DNA of 32,000 nucleotides from the NCBI GenBank assembly GCA_964354495.1, contig CAYHAA010000001.1, positions 248,075 through 280,074 of the forward strand. The letters run 5' to 3'. Below, one piece after another: positions 24,784 to 32,000 of the stretch. The stretch's first letter is position 1; each line of letters begins with the position of its first letter. The DNA comes from an uncultured archaeon (lineage in GTDB: Archaea > Asgardarchaeota > Thorarchaeia > Thorarchaeales > Thorarchaeaceae). The translations under genes and the position numbers were made by a program. The notes under the pieces are model-generated. The model searched no databases and had not been told where the DNA came from. It was given only the letters and a program-made list of their open reading frames with translations.

Positions 24784-27700
24784 ATGAGTGACGACATAGT
24801 AAGTAAATCGGTGCCTATTCTCAGGGATAGCCTCGGTCTGACAGATGCAGAGGCAAAAGCAATCGTGCCAATCTACCTGGGAGGCAACATGACTGCCGGA
24901 GGAGTTGCTCTTCTTACAGGAGAGAAACTCGCTACGGTTCAGAAAACCCTTGGTCGCCTTACGAACAAAGGTCTGATCAAGCAGATTGATGGGATAGTTC
25001 CTGTCTACAGAGCCTTGTCGCCTGTTATGGCTCTTTCAGGGCCTCTTGGAGATTCTCTCAACGATGTGAGGGCTCTCACAAGTGACTCAGAACAGGTATT
25101 CTCTTCTAGAGTGAAGGATACTGAGTCCGTGGCTGAAGATATCATAGGCTCCCAGACCAAGTCTCTGGACGAAATGAGGGCGGCTCTCACATCATACGAG
25201 AACGAAGTCCTAGAGCTCGTAACAAAGCAGGTCGAGAATGTAGTATCGACCGCAACGAGCACGATGACTGGATTCTCAGATGAGATTGAGCAGGCGATGA
25301 ATGGTCTCGACGCCATCCTCGAAGAGAGCCTAGGAACGAAAATGCGCGAGCTACAGACCGAGATCGATAAGGCTCAACTAGCCATGGACAAGGATCTGAA
25401 GGTACAGGTTCGCGAATTCGATGGATGGCTCAAGACTGAACGAAAGGGAGCCTTGGGGTCCATCAAGGAGTTCGAAACAAAGTCTGCTTCTATTGTTGAA
25501 TCCGCTAAGGAGGCTGTGACAGCAGCACTCTCAACATCTTCAGACCAGGTCCAGAATCTAGCACGAGAGATTTCTGGAAAACTGGCCTCTATGGCATCTA
25601 CCGCATCTGATGACGGCATCGCAGTGATCAATAATGTTTCAGCAGAGATTTCGCAATTGCTCAACCTTCTCGATAGTGAACTATCACAAGCATATCTCGC
25701 GGGGCAGGAATCATTAAAGGAAGTAGTCACTCAGGCACGCAGTGTTTCCAAGGAATACGGTGAGTTTGCACAGAATCGTATCGGTGCTGCAGTAGAGATT
25801 GCAGATTCTGTAGGCGGAATTGTCGACGATTGGAAGAACGAAGTCTCGGGATTCATGGAGGTTGCATCCCAATCTGTGACATCCCAGCTGAATCAGGTTG
25901 CTTCCACAGATGCATCCTATCTTGAAGTGATGAAGAACTCCCTTACATCACACGTCGAGAGAGTCAACGAATTGCTAGCTGAAGAATACGGTGGGCTCTC
26001 TGCCCTTGTTACCTCTCTTGGGAGCGAGACAGAGACAACACTCTCAGACACTCGTTCAATGGTACTTGAGCTTCTTCAGGCGCAGAATGATGAGGAAGAG
26101 AAAGACTGTGATATCGCCGCAGACAAGCTAAACGCGGAACTTGATAACTGGGTCAGCGATTCAGTCACCTCCATAGAAAAGAAGATGAAAGACACGTCCA
26201 AGGATGTTTCAACCATCCTAGATACAGAAACCTCTGAACTGAACTCCATCTCCAAGACGATGAATAGTCGACTGAAGTCCGCTTTCAATTCCGTCATAAA
26301 GAGCACAGCCACAAAGAATGAAACGCTTCTTACATCGGTGAAGAAGACAAGTCATGACTTCGAAGCCGATATAGAAAGCAGACTCGAGGAGTTGATTGGT
26401 AGCTACACGACAGCAACGGAAAAGCAGGTCCGCGAGTCAAAAGAACTGTATGAGGGTTTGCGTGAACGTTTAGATGGCCGAATGTCGGAGTCCGTTTCTG
26501 CAATCAATTCTCAAGCTGACAGGATTCAGAAAGATATCACTAACACAATAGCTGAACAGACCAGTAGAATCGATCAACATGCACTGGGTATCAAAGAGGA
26601 ATTTCATAATCGGTTAGAAGAGATCACGAACCAATTTCTGTCGCTGACGCACGGCCTTGAGGCAACATTCAATGGTCTCTTGTCATCTCAGACCATTGAG
26701 GCACGTGATCTCATTGCATCAGCTCATTCAGAGTTCCGATTCATTATGAAGAACGAGGTCACCACGCTCAAGGACGACTCACTGAAGATACAGCAGGAAT
26801 ACTCCACTGAGCTTGCCCTGAAGATTGATGATGTTGCATCCTCTGTTGCCGCTGTAAAGAAAGCCCTCAATGAACTCTCAGTTCAAAAACGCTTTGAGAT
26901 ATCTGAAAGTATGGCGAAGACACTTGCAGACCTCGAGTCGTCCATCAGGAGCACTGAGGAGAGTCTACGCGACATCGAGTCCGGAACTATTACCCAGTTC
27001 ATCGAGAATATGGATCAGGTCTCTGAAGAGTTCAAAGTCACTGTGGCTGGTGCACGTGATAGTGTAGCTGAACGTTTGGATAGCGTGAAGGATGTGGCCG
27101 CAGCGTCACTGGCAAAGAGTTCAGCAGCAGCGAAGTTGGTTGCTGATGGATTCATAGCTGAACAGAAGGATATCAGACAACGACACCTTGCTGAGGCGAG
27201 CAAGAAGATGAATAGACTTGCCACCAAGAGAGGGAAGGACTCCTCAGCATCTATCGAAGCGTTCCAGAAGCTACTCTCGGAACGTCAGACGAGTAGTGTG
27301 AAAGATAGAAGCACTGCGAAGGATGAGGTGTATGCAGCAGTAGAAACGCGTAGGTCTGAGGTTGCCAATGCATTTGACGCAGCAGCAGTATGGGTCGATT
27401 CATCTGTGTCCAATGTTGCCACCTCACTTGATGCCTTTGGCACCAAATTGACGAATGAACTTACTCTAATGCAGAAAGGTCTCCAGAAAGCTGGAGCTGA
27501 GGCGGCATCGGCAATCCAGGAGCGTGGCGAGGCTGATATCGACAGCTTCCAGGAAATCGCCTCTGCACTCATAGAAAACACTGAGTCGATTGTGAAGGCA
27601 CGAATAAACGAATTTGGAGATAGTTGTTCAGATGCTCTTGCAAAGAGCAATGACTCCTTTACGTCCATGCCAACCCGATTGAGTGAGGACATCAATGGAA

Positions 27701-28677
27701 TGGAAGATGAAACAGCAAAGAGGACCACCCAAGACTACTCGTCCATCTCAGGTGACCTTTCCAGTTATTTCACCGAATGCATCCGTAGTGCTGAGTCCGC
27801 ATCTGAGGGCTTCAAAAACCTTGTTGACAATACCTCGAACACTCTGACGAAACACCGTGATGAGGTGTTTGAGGAGGTGCAAAAAAGCACCGACTTGGCA
27901 AACCAACATGCGTCTCGCAAGTTTGAAGCAATCGGTTTGGATCTCAAGACCCAGCTAAGTGGTGACTCATCACGTTTACTGGAGAAAGCACGACTGACAT
28001 TCACTGAAAAGAGCAAAGAAATCACTGACATAGTAACAACGACAACCAATACCATTAATGAGGAAACCTCCCCTCTGAGAGAGAATCGCAACAAGGCACT
28101 CTCTCTTTTTGGAGAGTCTAGCGAAAAAACACTCAGAAGATGGTCGACGGATCAGAAAAACCAGATCTCTTCATTGAAGGAGCGAATTCTTGAAGCAATC
28201 ATGCGTGTCACCGGGAAGACAGAGGAAACTATCAAGGTTCTCAATGCCATCAATGACATTGGCGATGAGATCATCAAGAGCCCATCAAAAAGGACCTGGT
28301 ATGTATCGGGCAAAGAAGAAGCCTGCGCACATGTAACAGATATGGCAGATAGAGCCGAAGACTCAGTCGTCATCTCTATCATCGATCCCTCCTGCCTGGA
28401 CTACAAGAAGCTGGCAAAGGTCAAACATGCCAAACGTCGTGTGCTTGTTGTTCCAGAGAGCGAAGAACCAGATCCGAATCTATCTTCCTTGGAAGGTTGG
28501 AGAATCTGGCAGACCCGAACCCCGATGTTCCTCTCCATAATCGACGATAGAGAGCTACTGATTGGAGGTGCGACCGCGACCGAGGATTTTGTTGCTCTGA
28601 TTTCAGAGGATGAGACCTATGTCCGACTCTACCATGACATACTTGGTCCTCGACTGGTGAGGGGCAGAGTGAGCTAA
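24784..28677 (+). CDS. TrmB-like protein: N-terminal wHTH and C-terminal effector-like domain separated by about 1050 aa of amphipathic helix
   Basis: N-terminus LGLTDAEAKA...MTAGGVA...LGRLTNKGLI...YRALSP matches the TrmB HTH. C-terminus WYVSGKEEACAHVTDMADRAEDSVVIS...FLSIIDDRELL matches the TrmB/PLD-like domain. The middle is S/A/E/D/T/L-rich helical sequence with almost no Pro. Confidence 0.75.
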   Translation: MSDDIVSKSVPILRDSLGLTDAEAKAIVPIYLGGNMTAGGVALLTGEKLATVQKTLGRLTNKGLIKQIDGIVPVYRALSPVMALSGPLGDSLNDVRALTSDSEQVFSSRVKDTESVAEDIIGSQTKSLDEMRAALTSYENEVLELVTKQVENVVSTATSTMTGFSDEIEQAMNGLDAILEESLGTKMRELQTEIDKAQLAMDKDLKVQVREFDGWLKTERKGALGSIKEFETKSASIVESAKEAVTAALSTSSDQVQNLAREISGKLASMASTASDDGIAVINNVSAEISQLLNLLDSELSQAYLAGQESLKEVVTQARSVSKEYGEFAQNRIGAAVEIADSVGGIVDDWKNEVSGFMEVASQSVTSQLNQVASTDASYLEVMKNSLTSHVERVNELLAEEYGGLSALVTSLGSETETTLSDTRSMVLELLQAQNDEEEKDCDIAADKLNAELDNWVSDSVTSIEKKMKDTSKDVSTILDTETSELNSISKTMNSRLKSAFNSVIKSTATKNETLLTSVKKTSHDFEADIESRLEELIGSYTTATEKQVRESKELYEGLRERLDGRMSESVSAINSQADRIQKDITNTIAEQTSRIDQHALGIKEEFHNRLEEITNQFLSLTHGLEATFNGLLSSQTIEARDLIASAHSEFRFIMKNEVTTLKDDSLKIQQEYSTELALKIDDVASSVAAVKKALNELSVQKRFEISESMAKTLADLESSIRSTEESLRDIESGTITQFIENMDQVSEEFKVTVAGARDSVAERLDSVKDVAAASLAKSSAAAKLVADGFIAEQKDIRQRHLAEASKKMNRLATKRGKDSSASIEAFQKLLSERQTSSVKDRSTAKDEVYAAVETRRSEVANAFDAAAVWVDSSVSNVATSLDAFGTKLTNELTLMQKGLQKAGAEAASAIQERGEADIDSFQEIASALIENTESIVKARINEFGDSCSDALAKSNDSFTSMPTRLSEDINGMEDETAKRTTQDYSSISGDLSSYFTECIRSAESASEGFKNLVDNTSNTLTKHRDEVFEEVQKSTDLANQHASRKFEAIGLDLKTQLSGDSSRLLEKARLTFTEKSKEITDIVTTTTNTINEETSPLRENRNKALSLFGESSEKTLRRWSTDQKNQISSLKERILEAIMRVTGKTEETIKVLNAINDIGDEIIKSPSKRTWYVSGKEEACAHVTDMADRAEDSVVISIIDPSCLDYKKLAKVKHAKRRVLVVPESEEPDPNLSSLEGWRIWQTRTPMFLSIIDDRELLIGGATATEDFVALISEDETYVRLYHDILGPRLVRGRVS

Positions 28678-29159
28678 AACTCGATGGCATAGATGATGGC
28701 GTCTTCATCGTCATAGTATCGTTCTGCTCTATCGACCGCCATCATCCCTGCCCTGCTATAGAGGTTTCTTGCGCTCTGGTTGCTTTCGCGCACTTCGAGT
28801 TCACACATCTTCATCCCCGCCTCGCACATGCCTCTGAGTGCATGATCTAGCAGAAGTTTGCCATTCCCTTTGCTACGTTCGTCCTCACGGACTGCCAGAT
28901 TGAGTATGTGCCCAGACTCATCGGAGAACGATTCTTCCCAGATGATATACCCGATGACCAATCCTTGACGGGTCATCACCTTCATATGAACGAGGACATC
29001 TTCGTCTACTTTGTACTTGCCCCTACAGAGTACTATTCTAAGGAATATTTCCTTGCTCCATGGCACAGGAAAACAACTGTTTTCGATATCGATGACTTGA
29101 TTGAGATCTTCAATCTGAGGTAGCCGCATCAGTCTGTCTTCCATCTCATAGCCCTTCAA
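28674..29159 (-). CDS. rimI: RimI-like GNAT N-acetyltransferase
   Basis: VIDIENSCFPVPW, GHILNLAV...RSKGNGKLLL, LEVRESNQSARNLY and RYYDDEDAIIY motifs. Confidence 0.88.
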   Translation of the reverse strand: MKGYEMEDRLMRLPQIEDLNQVIDIENSCFPVPWSKEIFLRIVLCRGKYKVDEDVLVHMKVMTRQGLVIGYIIWEESFSDESGHILNLAVREDERSKGNGKLLLDHALRGMCEAGMKMCELEVRESNQSARNLYSRAGMMAVDRAERYYDDEDAIIYAIEF

Positions 29160-29183
29160 AGCGAATCACATTCTCTCATTCGA

Positions 29184-29543
29184 CTAGTCATTTGGAGTGA
29201 CGTTGTTTCCACAGAACGGGCAGAATGACGAGCCTACTGGAATTGGTCTGGAGCAATAGGCGCACTTCAAGCCTACCGGAATAAAGCTATCTTGTGCACC
29301 TGTAGCATATTGAGACTCCGCCTTGGAAGCAGACATTGCTGTCGCACGCGCTGCAACGATGAAAAAGACAAACGCTAGAGCAATCAGAAGGCCAAAGCCA
29401 AGAGAGCTGGAATCTCCAATCAAGAAGAAGGGGAAGATGAAGAACACACCTCCTCCAGATAGATTGCTGGAAGAAAACAACAGGATGGCTCCAAGTGCAA
29501 TGAGAAGAAATCCCAAGGGAAGTAGACTCTGGTTCCAGTGCAT
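29184..29543 (-). CDS. Small membrane protein (DUF131-like N-terminus) with a C-terminal Zn ribbon
   Basis: Hydrophobic segments LGFLLIALGAILL, GGGVFFIFPFFLIG and LGFGLLIALAFVFFIV; CAYC...CPFCG. ATG 29543; the track starts at TTG 29549. Confidence 0.65.
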   Translation of the reverse strand: MHWNQSLLPLGFLLIALGAILLFSSSNLSGGGVFFIFPFFLIGDSSSLGFGLLIALAFVFFIVAARATAMSASKAESQYATGAQDSFIPVGLKCAYCSRPIPVGSSFCPFCGNNVTPND

Positions 29544-29565
29544 AGTCAATCTAGTCCTTTGACTG

Positions 29566-29916
29566 CTATTCCAGCATTCCTCGGCTCTTCATCTGTTCGA
29601 CGATCTGACTGTACTTCTGATTGTTGCCTATCATCTCATTGACTTGAGTTTCCATAGAGTGTGATCCTGGCAATAGAAGCACACTGATTTTGCTGCCCGG
29701 ATAGACTGATTCAAGACGATGTCGAATCAGGACGCCAATCAGTCCACCCATCGGACAATATGGGGCAGTTGGTCTGAACTGCACACGAATTGAGTCATTA
29801 TCAACGTCGATGTATTCCTGCTTCACTATCGACATTTGTGGGTCAGTAATCGATATGGGGTGCTCAGGATCCATGACGGGCTCCAATGCTTTGAACACTT
29901 CACCGACTGTTGCCAT
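29566..29916 (-). CDS. MIP18/DUF59 family Fe-S assembly protein, CIA2/FAM96-like
   Basis: VMDPEHPISI, FRPTAPYCPMGGLIG and KISVLLLPGSHSMETQVN motifs. ATG 29916 is preferred over TTG 29928. Confidence 0.8.
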   Translation of the reverse strand: MATVGEVFKALEPVMDPEHPISITDPQMSIVKQEYIDVDNDSIRVQFRPTAPYCPMGGLIGVLIRHRLESVYPGSKISVLLLPGSHSMETQVNEMIGNNQKYSQIVEQMKSRGMLE

Positions 29917-30107
29917 TATATTCCCCAAGACTAGGTCCCCTTTTCGACCACTTAATAATCTATGGCTCTAGCTACCTTTCACGAGCAGTTCTGGGTCGTC
30001 TACATTAATTGGCGCAAGGTATATCTGATATAGGAATCCCTTTATCGCGTCGGGTAATGCAGGAATAACGTTCAGAGAGAAACCACCAGTTGGGGGTACC
30101 AAAAACC

Positions 30108-30566
30108 ATGTCGCCCGCCGAAAAGAAAGCCAGCAACAAAATCAAGAAGTATCTGTTCAAGATAACAGTTGTCGGCCCAGATGACAAGCTTCTCATGGAT
30201 GTTCTTTCATTATTCGATGATCCCGTCGTATCAGTCGATGGGATTCGAATCGGATCAACTGAGGTGGATGTTGACACCTCTGAGATTCATGCTGTCTTCA
30301 TGTCGCCAAGGCACTCTGCTCTGGATGTCCTTCTCACCCTGACTTACAGAGGTGCAAGTGGTGCCATCATTGTGCTCAGAGAACCTGATTTGGAGCTGGA
30401 GCGACTATATCGAGATGAAGCTCGGACGAACCTAGGTGCAGATATATCCATGCGCACCGTGACTACAGGCTCCTCAATAGATGATTTCAAGCGAAATGAG
30501 ATTCATCATCTCTTCGAGGAAGTCGTTGTGGACATTTTGAAGCGCAAGACTCGAAAGGGGAAGTAG
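30108..30566 (+). CDS. Rab/Ras-like small GTPase-fold protein with degenerate nucleotide-binding motifs
   Basis: YLFKITVVG and TYRGASGAIIVL align with Rab YLFKxxxIG and YYRGAxGxxxVY, but GxxxxGK[ST], DxxG and NKxD are all absent. ATG 30108; the track starts at TTG 30090. Confidence 0.65.
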   Translation: MSPAEKKASNKIKKYLFKITVVGPDDKLLMDVLSLFDDPVVSVDGIRIGSTEVDVDTSEIHAVFMSPRHSALDVLLTLTYRGASGAIIVLREPDLELERLYRDEARTNLGADISMRTVTTGSSIDDFKRNEIHHLFEEVVVDILKRKTRKGK

Positions 30567-30573
30567 TACAAAC

Positions 30574-30582
30574 CTTTTTTTC
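30574..30582 (+). terminator. Oligo-T tract after the GTPase-like gene (archaeal-type terminator, or part of a promoter for the next gene)
   Basis: ACAAACCTTTTTTTCAG lies a few bases after the TAG at 30566. Confidence 0.35.
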
Positions 30583-30602
30583 AGTCCTGATACCACTCTA
30601 GA

Positions 30603-31667
30603 TTGGTGTCCACGGTGAGCTCGGATAATAAGAGAAGCGACGAATACTGGATGGGCGTGCGCGATGCACTCAGAATGATAGATATCTTCAACAAGTGGGC
30701 TGTGAGAAATCCCACTCGCGCGAAGAGTCTTGAAGATTTCATTAACGATGGGCTCATAGCAGCCGCCAAGCGATGCGAGTCTTGTCTCCGAGAGAAACTA
30801 GGGATTAGTTTCCTCAAAGAAGAGCCAGCTGAAGATGTTCCTCCTTTGGTTGAGTCACCAGCTCCCGAACCAGCGGCTCCTCCTGACTTTGAGTCTGCAC
30901 CAGACGAGATTTTCGACGCACACAGTGAATCTCCTCCAGATACCGATTTTGAGGTTGCTGTAGAGTCTGTGGACTATTCCTCCGAACAGGAGATTCACAT
31001 CGAATCAGAAGAGCCCACCATATCTATCGATACTGTCGAACGGTTAGAGGAAGAGCCCATGGACGATATTGTCATTGAGGGTCCACAACGTGATTTCTCG
31101 ACAGATTTCGTTCTTGTCGAGCCATCACCGCTTTCCGTTGATGCTGACGAAATAGAACCCGAGAGACCGGAAGTCGATGAATCATTACGTGAGTCTGACC
31201 TCGAAGAACTCGTTCATTCGGATGAATTAGATCTGGAACCAGAAGATGATGAGAGCCGGCCGACATTCACATGGGCTGATTATGAGGCTGCAATCACGCC
31301 TGCTCCTGAACCAGAGCCATTAGAGTCTGACTCTGTTGAATCCACGATTAGAGAAGGTGATTATGAAGTGCCTCCAATTGAGGACCGAAGTTCTCCAGAT
31401 GACGAAGCCTTTGGGGGACCTCCTGAGCCTTCTGAAGCACCCAAGGGATGGAGCACATATGATGAATCGGCCATCGCCAGTGAGGAGATTCCTGATGAAT
31501 CCTATGATACCAAGGATGAGGTTGAGATGGATGATTCAGAAGTGTCCAAACCCAGTGAAGCCGCAACACCAGTCACCGAACCTCCTTCTCCCCCGCCGCC
31601 GCCTGAAACCGAGGAGGATGAAGAGGAGCGACGACGAAGAGCACGAAGGCTGTTTTTCGGAACCTGA
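30603..31667 (+). CDS. Hypothetical protein: small N-terminal helical domain + long acidic/Pro-rich disordered region + basic-aromatic C-terminal motif
   Basis: About 70-aa ordered N-terminus (YWMGVRDAL...CESCLREKLG), about 270 aa of D/E/P/S-rich sequence, ending PPSPPPPPETEEDEEERRRRARRLFFGT. Start uncertain (TTG 30603, or a later GTG or ATG). Confidence 0.75.
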   Translation: MVSTVSSDNKRSDEYWMGVRDALRMIDIFNKWAVRNPTRAKSLEDFINDGLIAAAKRCESCLREKLGISFLKEEPAEDVPPLVESPAPEPAAPPDFESAPDEIFDAHSESPPDTDFEVAVESVDYSSEQEIHIESEEPTISIDTVERLEEEPMDDIVIEGPQRDFSTDFVLVEPSPLSVDADEIEPERPEVDESLRESDLEELVHSDELDLEPEDDESRPTFTWADYEAAITPAPEPEPLESDSVESTIREGDYEVPPIEDRSSPDDEAFGGPPEPSEAPKGWSTYDESAIASEEIPDESYDTKDEVEMDDSEVSKPSEAATPVTEPPSPPPPPETEEDEEERRRRARRLFFGT

Positions 31668-32000
31668 TCAGCTCTTGAGAATCTCCTCATAGAGCTGGAC
31701 CGCTTCTTTTGCGGTACTGACGCCTCGTACGATGGCACTGCCTGTAGACATTAGGGTGATCTTGGAACCCGAAGGTTTCTGGATTATCAGGACTTTCTTG
31801 CCTGACTTGACGGTATCCTTAGAATCAAGATGCTGTGATATGGCTCTTAGGTCTAGATTCATGATTGTCGGAGGTGAGATATTGAAGTCATTAGTGCATA
31901 GAGCAGTGACAATAAGCCCTTTGCCTCTTCGTGCCTTTGTGACATCTGGTTGTGAACACTGTGAACAATCGGGGATACGTCCGATATCAAAGAAATCAAA
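31668..32000 (-). CDS. C-terminal part of a ThiF/MoeB/E1-like activating enzyme (5' end outside the window)
   Basis: The frame is open from 32000 and reads FDFFDIGRIPDCSQC...TALCTNDFNISPP, then track ORF 31862..31668 (ITLMSTGSAIVRGVSTAKEAVQLYEE). This matches the CxxC Zn site and C-terminal extension of long MoeB/ThiF proteins. Confidence 0.75.
   Translation of the reverse strand, partial: FDFFDIGRIPDCSQCSQPDVTKARRGKGLIVTALCTNDFNISPPTIMNLDLRAISQHLDSKDTVKSGKKVLIIQKPSGSKITLMSTGSAIVRGVSTAKEAVQLYEEILKS

Noticed and set aside
24784-28677. SMC/Rad50 or methyl-accepting chemotaxis identity for the 1297-aa helical protein
   Set aside because: There is no Walker A/B, signature motif, hinge or Zn hook, and no MCP hairpin-tip motif. 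The termini match TrmB instead.
287-31738. Numerous 60-150 aa alternative-frame and antisense ORFs in the track (e.g. 2613..3059, 14924..15178, 20674..21045, 21889..22215, 27285..27728, 31336..31692)
   Set aside because: They lie within or opposite well-supported genes, have Ser/Arg-rich shadow-frame composition and show no recognisable motifs.
1-32000. tRNA, rRNA, CRISPR array, transposase, integrase or prophage genes
   Set aside because: No cloverleaf, repeat-spacer array, terminal inverted repeats or mobile-element protein motifs were seen. Intergenic gaps are short (at most about 300 bp). A small ncRNA cannot be excluded without a covariance-model search.

Overview
Gene-dense, archaeal-looking chromosomal window with about 29 CDS. 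I saw no rRNA, tRNA, CRISPR array or mobile element. The archaeal markers (proteasome alpha subunit, DtdA, MtrH, TrmB-type HTH, TATA-like boxes, GAGGTG/GGAGG Shine-Dalgarno sites) occur together with eukaryote-like proteins (Rab-shaped small GTPase fold, CIA2/FAM96-like protein). This suggests an Asgard archaeon, possibly Thorarchaeia; that is an inference and was not tested. All domain calls come from motif recognition by eye, with no database searches. Most notable is a co-oriented minus-strand cluster (9945 to 2223): an FG-GAP-like beta-propeller/Zn-ribbon/winged-helix protein, a membrane receptor with dCache-HAMP-TPR-vWA architecture and no kinase, MCP or cyclase output, a paralogous dCache-HAMP receptor with no output domain at all, and a bacterial-type arginine decarboxylase (SpeA). 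This could be an uncharacterised two-receptor, protein-interaction-output signalling system, possibly amine/polyamine-linked. Other highlights are a CIA2/FAM96-like protein with eukaryote-type motifs, a Rab-like pseudo-GTPase, a tandem beta-carbonic-anhydrase-fold protein with one dead domain, a TrmB-like protein split by about 1050 aa of helical sequence, a stand-alone MtrH plus corrinoid protein pair, and a possible +1 frameshift right after the start codon of a winged-helix gene.
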